This document shows, piece after piece, positions 55,698 to 64,000 of a DNA stretch of 64,000 nt; positions within the stretch are counted from its first letter, which is position 1; every line of letters begins with the position of its first letter. The notes below the pieces were generated by a model, which was not told the DNA's origin, ran no database searches, and worked only from the letters and a program-made list of their open reading frames with translations. The translations under genes and the position numbers were made by a program. Source of the stretch: an uncultured Gammaproteobacteria bacterium (lineage in GTDB: Bacteria > Patescibacteriota > Patescibacteriia > Magasanikbacterales > GWA2-37-8); the NCBI GenBank assembly GCA_964355175.1, contig CAYHBZ010000001.1:439400-503399 (forward strand), given 5' to 3'.

Positions 55698-56391
55698 TAG
55701 TCTCGTGAATTCCGCGCAAGCGATTTAACTCCTGTTTGCGCCCCACAAAAAATTCATGGGCCTGCACCACTTCCTCATGCTCAAACTCCGGAGCCAACAA
55801 GCATAAACCGTGTTCAAACGACTTTACTCTTTGAGCAATTTCATTGGCCAACATTGGATGATCCCCTTCGTTTCTGGCCAAATCACGCAATTTCTCCAAC
55901 CCGTCTTTAATTTTTAATAAAATCTTTTTAAATTCCTCAACTTTTTTTAAATAATTTTCTTTTCTTAGTCCCACTACTTCGCGCGTGGTAAAATCTTTTA
56001 CCGCTCTATGTGTGGCTACCAATGCTTCGGCCACGCTGACACGATCCTCGTCATTGAAATAATGAGCCGTACGACCGGTATGGATATCTTCCCAAGTCAT
56101 ACCTAGCTGACGATATTCATAATATTTTTTTTGCAAGTAAACATTTAAATGACCGGAAAAAAAATCATCACCCATCTTTTCTTCGGTTACACTCATAAAT
56201 TCACGAAAGGCTTGATTCCATGGCCAGATTTCATAACCAATTTGGATCATTTTTTCTTCCAACTTTTCCAAACTTATCGGCTCACTTTGAATATTCTTCA
56301 ATTCTTTTCTTATACGATACGACAAGTCATCCGACAAAAGCGGAGGCAAATTATCTACCAGCTGAGCAAAGAGTTGAATAGTGGATTCCAT
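55669..56391 (-). CDS. Hypothetical protein
   Basis: 240-aa ORF overlapping the downstream HD gene by 29 nt. Confidence 0.4.
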   Translation of the reverse strand: MESTIQLFAQLVDNLPPLLSDDLSYRIRKELKNIQSEPISLEKLEEKMIQIGYEIWPWNQAFREFMSVTEEKMGDDFFSGHLNVYLQKKYYEYRQLGMTWEDIHTGRTAHYFNDEDRVSVAEALVATHRAVKDFTTREVVGLRKENYLKKVEEFKKILLKIKDGLEKLRDLARNEGDHPMLANEIAQRVKSFEHGLCLLAPEFEHEEVVQAHEFFVGRKQELNRLRGIHETIEIDFYTEE

Positions 56392-56393
56392 AT

Positions 56394-56861
56394 TTAAAAT
56401 TTTGAAGAAATATAATACATCGTGATGCCGGCTGCCACACTGACATTGAGGCTTTTCTTTTTACCTTTCATATTCAGTTCAATCTCAGTATCGCAATATT
56501 TAAGCAAGCTTTTGGAAACTCCATCCACTTCATTTCCCACTACCAGGGCCAAAGGAAATTCCGGTTTCCATTGATATATATTAACACTTTTTGGCGTCTG
56601 CTCCAAGGCGACAATTTTATAGCCATTTTCCTTTAGTTTTTTAAGCAGGCGTCCGGTCTGTTTGGCATATTCCCAGGGTACCCATTTTTCCGCTCCCAAA
56701 GACACTTTATCCAGGCGTGGATGCGGCGGACAAGGCGTGTAACCAGTAAGATAAATTTTATCTACCCCAGCCCCATCAGCGGTACGAAACATCGCGCCGA
56801 CATTGTGGGCGCTACGAATATTGGGCAATATTAAAACAAATTTTTCTTTATTTTCCAACAT
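56394..56861 (-). CDS. trmL: SpoU/TrmL-family tRNA 2'-O-methyltransferase
   Basis: SPOUT motifs (ILPNIRSAHNVGAMFRTADGAG). Confidence 0.75.
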   Translation of the reverse strand: MLENKEKFVLILPNIRSAHNVGAMFRTADGAGVDKIYLTGYTPCPPHPRLDKVSLGAEKWVPWEYAKQTGRLLKKLKENGYKIVALEQTPKSVNIYQWKPEFPLALVVGNEVDGVSKSLLKYCDTEIELNMKGKKKSLNVSVAAGITMYYISSKF

Positions 56862-57573
56862 AAGTTATTTCATCTTCACTAAGACGGCGCAAACCAGCGT
56901 CATTTATTGTTTCTTCATAAATATGAGCTACTAATCCTGGCACGCGACCGGCAATGAATACACCTTTCATAATTTTTGGATCAAAACCCATATCAGCCAA
57001 AATAGCTCCCATTGCGCCATCAATATTTAATGGTAATGGTTTACTAGAAATTTTATTTAATTCTTTTTCTACCACTTCAGCCACTTTACAGCACTCTTTA
57101 TAAAATCCTAATTTTTTAGCCATTTTTAAAAGTTCGGTACTGCGCTCATCTTTGACCAAAACCGCATGACCAAAACCAGCCAAACGCACTTTTTTATCTT
57201 TTAATTCTTTTATTGTCTGTGCCAAATTTTTATTATCTTTATTTTCCACAAAAAATTTTGCTGCTGATTCAATAGCACTACCGTGACGCTCTCCCATTGC
57301 CAATATACCGGCCGCTAGCGAGGTGTGCAGACTATTTTTGGCGGAAGATACGATTCGAGCCGTCATTGCCGAGGCTGTGCCCGTGCCGTGGTCTATAGCC
57401 GATACCAACAAAGCATCCAACATTTTTATTTCTGCCGGTTTTGGCATTCTGCCCTGCCAAATTAAAAATATAGTTTCGGTAAAAGTATTGGCTTTAATTA
57501 AACCAGCTAATTTTTTACCTCGAATAATTTCTTGTCCATCATTTATATTTGTAATTGCGGTTTCCCATTTCAT
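56848..57573 (-). CDS. Citryl-CoA lyase-like protein (citrate synthase-fold small domain)
   Basis: GFGHAVLVKDERS matches citrate synthase GFGHRVYK. MGERHGSA matches the CS HGGANE loop. 241 aa. Overlaps trmL by 14 nt. Confidence 0.5.
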   Translation of the reverse strand: MKWETAITNINDGQEIIRGKKLAGLIKANTFTETIFLIWQGRMPKPAEIKMLDALLVSAIDHGTGTASAMTARIVSSAKNSLHTSLAAGILAMGERHGSAIESAAKFFVENKDNKNLAQTIKELKDKKVRLAGFGHAVLVKDERSTELLKMAKKLGFYKECCKVAEVVEKELNKISSKPLPLNIDGAMGAILADMGFDPKIMKGVFIAGRVPGLVAHIYEETINDAGLRRLSEDEITYVGK

Positions 57574-57721
57574 ATTTTTTATATTAAGTATTAAAGCCGA
57601 TTAGATATTAATTTTCGCCGCGAGAACTGTTTGAAGTAGCGAGAAACAATCTAACCATTTGCAGGAAGATCGATTCGCTACAAGTTTTCGAGCAAGAAAA
57701 TTCATATCTATGAGGCGTCCG

Positions 57722-58618
57722 CTATGCAAACGGCTGAATTTTAGAAACTAAATCTTCATAAGTATCCGCAATTAGCACACCCACAGATTTCAAAGCCGCT
57801 TCTTTTTCCGCCGCACTCTGTCCTCTACCAACAATTGCACCAGCGTGGCCAATATTCATACCCTCGGGAAATAGATTGGCAAATTTCCCACCAATATATA
57901 CAGCGAGCGGCTTAGTAAATTCTTTTTTATTTATCAAATCCACTATTTCAAATTCATATCCTCCACCATGTTCACCAAAAATTACTACGGCTTTGGTCTG
58001 TTCATCTTTTTCAAATAATTTTAATAGATCGGTATAGGTAGTACCCATAAGTAGGTCACCTCCCACATGTACCGCACTACTCTGACCAAGTCCGGCGCGA
58101 CGAATTTGCCAAGACAGCTCATTGGTCATACCACCCGAACGAGAAATTACACCAATACTGCCGGGCTGAAACACTTGGTCAGCCAAAGCTTTTGGACCAC
58201 CCACCACACCCACACGCGCTTGTCCTGGGCTAATATACCCCAGAGAGCTCGGACCAATAATGCGAATATTTTTTTCTTTGGCAGCAGCCAAACAATAGGC
58301 AGTGTCCTGAATTGGAATACGCTCTACAATGGTATTAATTATCGCTATATCATTTTGAATTGCTTCGAGAATTGCTTCTTTGGCCGCAAACGGCGGGACA
58401 TAGATTGTGGTGGTAGAAATATCCGGAAATGCGACCTTAGCTTCGGCCACCGAATTAAAAACCGGTACACCTTCCACCACTTCTCCACCTTTGCCTGGGC
58501 GCACACCGGCTACCACTTGGGTACCATATTCGCGCATCGCCGTGGCCGCTTTCTGACCTTCTTTGCCAGTGATGCCCTGCACCAACACTTTGGTATTTTT
58601 ATCTATTAGGATACTCAT
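57722..58618 (-). CDS. Succinyl-CoA synthetase alpha-like subunit (CoA-binding, phospho-His)
   Basis: VLVQGITGKEG and NIGHAGAIV phosphohistidine loop. Confidence 0.8.
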   Translation of the reverse strand: MSILIDKNTKVLVQGITGKEGQKAATAMREYGTQVVAGVRPGKGGEVVEGVPVFNSVAEAKVAFPDISTTTIYVPPFAAKEAILEAIQNDIAIINTIVERIPIQDTAYCLAAAKEKNIRIIGPSSLGYISPGQARVGVVGGPKALADQVFQPGSIGVISRSGGMTNELSWQIRRAGLGQSSAVHVGGDLLMGTTYTDLLKLFEKDEQTKAVVIFGEHGGGYEFEIVDLINKKEFTKPLAVYIGGKFANLFPEGMNIGHAGAIVGRGQSAAEKEAALKSVGVLIADTYEDLVSKIQPFA

Positions 58619-58619
58619 A

Positions 58620-59762
58620 TTATTTTAAAATCATTTCTGCCAAAACTTTGGCAGTTTCACCCATGGCGATTTCTTTACCAAAAATTTTCATATTCAAATT
58701 ATTGCGCTCTGCACATTCTTGCATCAATCTTTTCCCTTCAGCTTCATTTGGTCCGGCGCGGCGGATTACTATTGGATAAGACGGCTTTACTTCATCGAGC
58801 GCGTCAATAATTCCCTGAAAAGTAGCGGCGATATCCGTAAAATTGGCTACCCCACCGGCAATCCACAAACCTTTTAAACCTGGCTTGGATAAAACAATTT
58901 TAGCAAGCTGGGCCACTTTTTCGCGCGGTGGATTACCAGAGTATTCGGTATAGTTTGCTGGTTTCAAACCAGCTTTAATTAACTCATCCATATTGGCGAT
59001 ACTAGCCCCACCACCCGAAAACAATACCGCCACATCACCTTCCATCTCAATATATTTTCCAGCCGTACCACGATAATAGTTTTCACCTTCATCAATTTTT
59101 TTTACCTGCAATTCTCTATCGGTAGGCAAACGACCAAGCATGGTGCGTGGTTCAAATTCCCAATCTTTGTGACGATAAAAAGCATCTTCATCGATCGCGA
59201 TCTTAGAATCAGCCGCCACCCAACGACCGTCGTCAGTTTTTACCAACGGATTTATTTCCACTACACGCGCGTCGGTCTGCAAAAAACACCGCCACAGCTC
59301 ATCGGCATAAGGCACCGACAAACCGGTTTTTTCTTGGCGGATATCCAAATAATGTTTATTGATTTCGTTGTGCTCTACTTCTTCGATATCCATACCACCA
59401 CTTTCACTATAGATCAAAAGCGGTTGTTTTCTGTTTGTATCATAAGTGATAGACAAATAATGTTCTTCGGCAATGTTCAATTTTTCTTCCATAAAAACCG
59501 CGGCCACATATTGGCCGTTTAGATTGGAAGAAAAAATCTTCTCTGCTGCCGCTTTTGCTTCGTCAGCTGTAGAAGCAAATAAAATACCATTATTTTTGCC
59601 GCGTTTACCGGATAACACTTGGGCTTTGAGCACGACATCTTTTAGGCCAAATTGTTCATAGGCACTCACAACACCATCTTCGCGACGCAGCAAAACCGAC
59701 TTCGGTGTTTCGACACCAAATTTTGTAAAAATATTTTTTCCTTCAAATTCGTAGAGATTCAT
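58620..59762 (-). CDS. Succinyl-CoA synthetase beta-like ATP-grasp subunit
   Basis: MNLYEFEGKNIFTKFGV N-terminus. ATP-grasp plus ligase-CoA domains. Confidence 0.8.
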   Translation of the reverse strand: MNLYEFEGKNIFTKFGVETPKSVLLRREDGVVSAYEQFGLKDVVLKAQVLSGKRGKNNGILFASTADEAKAAAEKIFSSNLNGQYVAAVFMEEKLNIAEEHYLSITYDTNRKQPLLIYSESGGMDIEEVEHNEINKHYLDIRQEKTGLSVPYADELWRCFLQTDARVVEINPLVKTDDGRWVAADSKIAIDEDAFYRHKDWEFEPRTMLGRLPTDRELQVKKIDEGENYYRGTAGKYIEMEGDVAVLFSGGGASIANMDELIKAGLKPANYTEYSGNPPREKVAQLAKIVLSKPGLKGLWIAGGVANFTDIAATFQGIIDALDEVKPSYPIVIRRAGPNEAEGKRLMQECAERNNLNMKIFGKEIAMGETAKVLAEMILK

Positions 59763-59780
59763 ATCAAAAATTGATTCAAA

Positions 59781-60689
59781 TTATTTACTACTCCATCTAG
59801 CAAAAATACCACATGGCAACAAACGACCACTTTTACTTTCTTGCAAGGTTAATTCCCCTTTTTCTGTCTGACCGCCGTATTTTTTTAATAACATCTGCAA
59901 ATTATTTTCATAGGCGATTGCGGAGTATCCGGCAGCATAACCATTGATAAGAAAAAACAATGGAGTGTCAGATAAAATCTCACTGCACATATCCACCAGT
60001 CCCACAAAATCTTTTTCTACTTTCCACATTTCACCGTTTGGCCCATGTCCAAAAGCCGGTGGATCCATCAGAATACCATCGTATTTTTTACCGCGCTTTA
60101 CTTCGCGTTTTACAAATTCGACAGCGTCATCCAAAATCCAACGAATTGGTTTTTCTTTTAATCCAGACAATTCCGCATTGTCGCGTGCCCAACCAATTGC
60201 CACTTTGGATCCATCTACATGACACACCTGCGCTCCCGCTTGCGCGCAAGCCAGACTAGCACCACCAGTATATCCAAACAAATTCAAAACATGAATTTCT
60301 GGTTGTTTCGGCAAACGCTTTTTAATTACTTCGCGCATCCAATTCCAATTGCCTTCTTGCTCTGGAAAAAGCCCAGTGTGCTTGAAAGCCGTTGGACGAA
60401 TATTAAATTTCAATCCGCCAAAATTTATGGTCCATTTTTCTGGAGTACCAGGACGGATATCCCAATCCGCAGCGCGGCCATCACGAATAAACACAGCGTG
60501 GGCATTTCCCCAATCTTTATTAAGTGACAAATTTTTCTTCCAGAGCGCTTGAGGATCTGGGCGACGAAAAACCACTTTTCCATAGCGTTCCAATTTTTCC
60601 CCATCACCGCTATCGAGCAATTCGTAGTCGGCGCTAGGCAAAGTAGATAATATTGATAAAGTTTGCATGGACATAGAGTAGATTGACAT
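59781..60689 (-). CDS. Class I SAM-dependent RNA methyltransferase, RlmI-like
   Basis: LNLFGYTGGASL SAM motif. DPPAFGHG catalytic motif. Confidence 0.65.
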   Translation of the reverse strand: MSIYSMSMQTLSILSTLPSADYELLDSGDGEKLERYGKVVFRRPDPQALWKKNLSLNKDWGNAHAVFIRDGRAADWDIRPGTPEKWTINFGGLKFNIRPTAFKHTGLFPEQEGNWNWMREVIKKRLPKQPEIHVLNLFGYTGGASLACAQAGAQVCHVDGSKVAIGWARDNAELSGLKEKPIRWILDDAVEFVKREVKRGKKYDGILMDPPAFGHGPNGEMWKVEKDFVGLVDMCSEILSDTPLFFLINGYAAGYSAIAYENNLQMLLKKYGGQTEKGELTLQESKSGRLLPCGIFARWSSK

Positions 60690-60712
60690 TTTTAAATGAT
60701 TTATGATAGTAT
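60683..60712 (+). promoter_or_regulatory. Promoter of the candidate ncRNA
   Basis: TTGACA-18-TAGTAT. Confidence 0.4.
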
Positions 60713-60718
60713 AATATT

Positions 60719-60892
60719 AGTTGGAAAATTTATCTAGAGCGGTGCGAGGGATTCGGCCCGATGACCACCCAGCAACCCCCTAAACCGGGGTGCTAATTCC
60801 GACCCTATTTAGGGAAAGATTTGTCCGTTTTAAACGGAAACAGTTTGCTTGTAGTCTGTTATCTTTCTTTATTTAGATAACGGATTTTTTTG
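60719..60892 (+). ncRNA. Candidate structured ncRNA or riboswitch-like leader of about 170 nt, family not recognised
   Basis: Bounded by its own promoter and an intrinsic terminator (CTGTTATCT-ttctttattt-AGATAACGG plus T7). Internal hairpins CCCTA/TAGGG and TCCGTTT/AAACGGA. G/C-rich paired segments GGCCCGATGACCACCC...CCGGGGTGC. No ORF. Confidence 0.35.
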
Positions 60893-60990
60893 TTCTTTTC
60901 ATTGTGTTGAGTTATAGGACACACCTTTGCTTTCTTAAAAAATCAGAGGAGTGTTCTGTAGCTTCAACCGCTTATCCCGTGAGGTGCCCC

Positions 60991-61266
60991 ATGTCCCAGC
61001 CCATCTCCTTCTCCGACAGCCAAGTCACCGAGCTGGCCCGGCTGATCGTTCGCTTCATCAGCCAGAGCGAGCTCTCCACCTTCCAACGCGTGGTCAGCCG
61101 CGTCGAGTACGAGGCTCCCTGGTTTGTCTGGGTCGCTCTGGCCAATGACGGTACCGAACTGGGCCGCTCAGACGAGTTCCGCTTCGTGGCTGCCAACGTC
61201 CGGCCGGTCGTGACCGCCCAGACCGCCCGCGACATCATGAAAGGAATCGCTGATCACACGTCGTGA
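60991..61266 (+). CDS. GC-rich hypothetical protein of 91 aa
   Basis: ATG preceded by GAGGTG. About 62% GC in an AT-rich context. No family recognised. Confidence 0.4.
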   Translation: MSQPISFSDSQVTELARLIVRFISQSELSTFQRVVSRVEYEAPWFVWVALANDGTELGRSDEFRFVAANVRPVVTAQTARDIMKGIADHTS

Positions 61267-61289
61267 TCGCAAGTGGCCTCCGGGAACCG

Positions 61290-61328
61290 GCCGGCGTCGC
61301 ATTCATTGCGCGCCGGCCGGACACTCCC
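61290..61328 (+). repeat. GC-rich 14-bp inverted repeat
   Basis: CCGGCCGGCGTCGCA-ttcat-TGCGCGCCGGCCGG directly after the 91-aa ORF. Confidence 0.5.
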
Positions 61329-61338
61329 ACCTATCGCC

Positions 61339-61366
61339 CCCTCGCATAATTGAGGGTTTTTTATTT
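61339..61366 (+). terminator. Terminator
   Basis: CCCTC-gcataatt-GAGGG followed by TTTTTT. Confidence 0.55.
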
Positions 61367-61696
61367 TTAAAGATCCATTCTAAATTCCAATCCATAATCT
61401 TCAAACCCTAATTTTTTATACCACACATGCACATTTTCTCTGCTTTTCCGACTAGTACCAATTAATTTATAACACCCTCTTTTTTTTGCTTCTTCTATAG
61501 CGGATTTTAAAAGATCATTTCCAAATCCTTGTCCGCGTGCCGTTTCATTCACAAATACATCTTCGAGCAATCCGTACGGCTCTTGATGCAGGTCGTTATA
61601 TACCAAATACAGCCAAGCTCGTCCAAGCTCCACACCGTTTTCCTCTACTGATATTTTTATTCCCAAAGTTTGTTTTTCAGTTTTTTTAATATTCAT
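61367..61696 (-). CDS. GNAT family N-acetyltransferase
   Basis: Acetyl-CoA motif RGQGFGNDLLKSAIEEAKKRG. Confidence 0.7.
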   Translation of the reverse strand: MNIKKTEKQTLGIKISVEENGVELGRAWLYLVYNDLHQEPYGLLEDVFVNETARGQGFGNDLLKSAIEEAKKRGCYKLIGTSRKSRENVHVWYKKLGFEDYGLEFRMDL

Positions 61697-61742
61697 ATTA
61701 TCGTGATAAGATCCCTCGCTACGCTCGGGATGACAATCTCTA

Positions 61743-62696
61743 TTACTTTAAAACTTCTTTTAATTTCTTTCCTAATTTTATTGAGCACAATCCTCCACCA
61801 TCACGCTCATAATCAAAACTTATTACCTTATAATCTTTCAATTCTTTGGTATTGTCTAGTAACAAACCCCATTTTTTTTCTTTATATCTTTTATTTTCTG
61901 CCGCAGTTAACTTATGATTATTATACAACACTGTATCAATCTTGCGTGGCAAATACCGCTGAAGCTCCCTCACCGCGCCGGCCACATCTTCCGGACCAGT
62001 TTCACTATCGGTGCGATAAGCATTACCCGTAACAAAAATTATTTTAGCTTTGTTATTTTTTATAGCAACTTGTATGCCTACTGGCAATAAAGTTGCCACC
62101 ACGCTGGTATAGAGACTGCCGGGACTAAGAATAATATAATCCGCTGATTTGATAACTTTCAAGGATTCACTATAGGCCGAAACTTCCGGCTCTAAAAATA
62201 CTTTTTTTATTCTCAAACTACGATCGTACTCAGGACTATCAATTTTTGCTTCACTAAAAACTTTTTGTCCATTGCTCAGCTCTGCTACTAAATCACTACT
62301 ATGTAGGGTAGCTGGAAATACCTTACCTTGCACTTCCACACTCTGTCCAAGGGCTCGCACCGCCGACATCAATTCTCCGCTATATCGCGTAGCCAGGGTA
62401 AAAAATATATTACCTAGATTATGTTTATCTAGCTTATCCTTACTTTCAAAACGATTGGAATAAAAAATTTTCTTCAGCAATGGATAATCATATTTGGATA
62501 AGGCTAAAACCGCGCGCATAATATCTCCGGGTGGTAAGACTCCCAATTCTTTTCGTAGTCGGCCGGAAGATCCACCGGAATCGCTCATCGCCACAATACC
62601 GACAATATCAAATTTATCGACATTTTGTTTCAATGCCACCAGTGATACCGCACTACCATTTCCCCCTCCCAAAACTACAACTTTCTTTTTATTCAT
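61743..62696 (-). CDS. YvcK/CofD-family protein (gluconeogenesis factor-like, UPF0052)
   Basis: VVLGGGNGSAVSLVAL...AMSDSGGSSGRLR...GDIMRAVLAL pattern. Confidence 0.7.
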   Translation of the reverse strand: MNKKKVVVLGGGNGSAVSLVALKQNVDKFDIVGIVAMSDSGGSSGRLRKELGVLPPGDIMRAVLALSKYDYPLLKKIFYSNRFESKDKLDKHNLGNIFFTLATRYSGELMSAVRALGQSVEVQGKVFPATLHSSDLVAELSNGQKVFSEAKIDSPEYDRSLRIKKVFLEPEVSAYSESLKVIKSADYIILSPGSLYTSVVATLLPVGIQVAIKNNKAKIIFVTGNAYRTDSETGPEDVAGAVRELQRYLPRKIDTVLYNNHKLTAAENKRYKEKKWGLLLDNTKELKDYKVISFDYERDGGGLCSIKLGKKLKEVLK

Positions 62697-62697
62697 A

Positions 62698-63348
62698 TTA
62701 AAATAAAAATTTATTTATTCTCTCATCCCCGAAAGAATCAATTTGTAGATCAGCCAATGAATAATCGCCGCGTGTCCACTGTTGGTTCACCAAAGCAATA
62801 CAGCTCATACCGGCTTTCTTGGCCGACACCACACCATTTTGAGCATCTTCAAATACCAAACAATCTTCCGGACTAACACCGAGCGTTTTGGCGGCATGCA
62901 AATAAATAAATGGATCGGGCTTACCAATATGACCCACATCGTCGCTGGATATTAATTGTTTAAAATAGTTTCTCCAATTAAATTTATCCACCACTTCATT
63001 TATTAATTCATGGCGTGCACCCGACGCAATTGCCTGTGGATAGATCACACTAATTTTGGATAATAAATTTTCTACCAGCGGCAGTGGTTTGATACTGTCC
63101 TTATAAATTTTATCCGTAAAACTTCGTCTTTCTATTATCAACTCTTCCACTGTTCCCGGCAAATTAAATTTTTCTTTTAACCAAGAAACATTTTGAATTT
63201 CACTCCTGCCCGTAAATAATATGGTCATTTCTGGAGTGGTCGCCATATTATATTTTTTTAAAAATCCTTCTTCAGCAGCGCCCCAATATTGCTCACTGTC
63301 AATGAGCACTCCATCCATATCAAAAATTACCGCTTTGAATCTTTTCAT
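62698..63348 (-). CDS. HAD-superfamily hydrolase (subfamily IA, beta-phosphoglucomutase-like)
   Basis: Motif I FDMDGVLIDSE. C-terminal VFEDAQNGV. Confidence 0.75.
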   Translation of the reverse strand: MKRFKAVIFDMDGVLIDSEQYWGAAEEGFLKKYNMATTPEMTILFTGRSEIQNVSWLKEKFNLPGTVEELIIERRSFTDKIYKDSIKPLPLVENLLSKISVIYPQAIASGARHELINEVVDKFNWRNYFKQLISSDDVGHIGKPDPFIYLHAAKTLGVSPEDCLVFEDAQNGVVSAKKAGMSCIALVNQQWTRGDYSLADLQIDSFGDERINKFLF

Positions 63349-63350
63349 AA

Positions 63351-64000
63351 TCATTCTACTGTTACACTCTTGGCCAAATTTCTTGGTCTATCCACATCTT
63401 TGCCGAGCAACACTGCGGTGTGGTACGAAAAAAGTTGCAGAGCCAAAGTATTCACGAGCGGCTCGAGTAGCTCCATAGTTTGTGGTACATATATCACATC
63501 GTCAGCTATTTCCTTGGCTTCCACATCACCCTCAGTGGCAATCAAAATTACCGGTGCTTTGCGAGCCTTGGCTTCTTGGATATTGCTAATCATTTTTTCG
63601 TATAGTTGATTTTTGGTAGCAATCGCGATGATTGGAAAATTGTCCGCCAAAAGCGCGATTGGACCATGCTTCATCTCACCGCCCGGATAACCTTCGGCAT
63701 GAATATAGGAAATCTCTTTGAGCTTGAGAGCGCCTTCCAAAGCCACCGGATAATTTATACCGCGTCCCAAAAAGATACAATCCGTATAATCTTTATATTT
63801 TTGTGCGATCGCTTTTATCTTATTACTTTGGGCCAAAACCAATTTCATCTTTTCCGGAATCTCCAAAAGTGCGTGTAATAATCTTTCACCAGTGGCCACA
63901 CTCACACGATTCAGGCGACCAAACTGCAAAGCATATAAAATTAAAACCGCCACCATATTCGTATAAGCTTTGGTAGAGGCGACCGCCAACTCTGGTCCAG
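63351..64000 (-). CDS. glmS: Glutamine--fructose-6-phosphate aminotransferase, C-terminal SIS part; N-terminus lies beyond the window
   Basis: Ends with the canonical PRNLAKSVTVE. SIS-domain GYPGGEMKHGP. Confidence 0.85.
   Translation of the reverse strand, partial: GPELAVASTKAYTNMVAVLILYALQFGRLNRVSVATGERLLHALLEIPEKMKLVLAQSNKIKAIAQKYKDYTDCIFLGRGINYPVALEGALKLKEISYIHAEGYPGGEMKHGPIALLADNFPIIAIATKNQLYEKMISNIQEAKARKAPVILIATEGDVEAKEIADDVIYVPQTMELLEPLVNTLALQLFSYHTAVLLGKDVDRPRNLAKSVTVE

Noticed and set aside
1-64000. CRISPR arrays, IS elements, integrases and rRNA
   Set aside because: No short regularly spaced direct repeats, no transposase or integrase-like ORFs, and no rRNA-like conserved segments were seen on reading the sequence.

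Overview
This is a low-GC (about 40%) bacterial chromosome segment with compact genes and no rRNA, CRISPR array, transposase or integrase visible. The ribosomal proteins carry terminal extensions and many promoters are leaderless or nearly so, which is consistent with a small-genome Patescibacteria/CPR-like organism (inference only). All non-coding coordinates are hand-counted and accurate to about +/-2 nt; CDS coordinates follow the supplied ORF track, with starts adjusted where promoters, terminators or homology pointed to an internal start.

Layout:
(1) 1-6234, minus strand: the S10 r-protein cluster rpsC-rplV-rpsS-rplB-rplW-rplD-rplC, then a 370-nt non-coding spacer that holds an internal promoter and an attenuator-like terminator, then rpsJ and tuf.
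(2) 7050-16711: an accessory region that ends at tRNA-Arg(GCG). It holds three GC-rich (about 60-65%) gene bodies sitting in AT-rich regulatory DNA: a small 2-TM protein, a cytidine deaminase, and a translationally coupled operon (Zn-ribbon protein / GTP cyclohydrolase II-like / OMP decarboxylase-like / guanylate kinase-like). An AT-rich paralog of the Zn-ribbon gene lies between the cytidine deaminase and the operon. The region also holds a secreted Cys-rich repeat protein, an ABC exporter, and an HTH-Fic gene bracketed by 37-bp direct repeats next to the tRNA.
(3) Housekeeping genes: LCP, der, pth, dprA, topA, rplA.
(4) A pyruvate-kinase-like barrel gene followed by two tandem paralogs that end in a PEP-utilising-enzyme phosphohistidine domain.
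(5) A thymidylate cluster (dCMP deaminase, kinase, dut, His-rich protein, thyA, folA, tmk-like).
(6) gatB.
(7) A pyrimidine operon (pyrB, pyrI, pyrC, an OTC-like carbamoyltransferase, pyrE, pyrF) with an E. coli-type leader-peptide attenuator.
(8) ruvA, purD, and ileS with a T-box-like leader.
(9) rpiB, rpe, trxB and a PfkB kinase.
(10) A citryl-CoA synthetase/lyase-like triad.
(11) A candidate about 170-nt ncRNA with its own promoter and terminator, upstream of a GC-rich 91-aa ORF.
(12) GNAT, YvcK-like, HAD, and a partial glmS at the window edge.

The GC-rich nucleotide-metabolism operon is the strongest candidate for a novel system.
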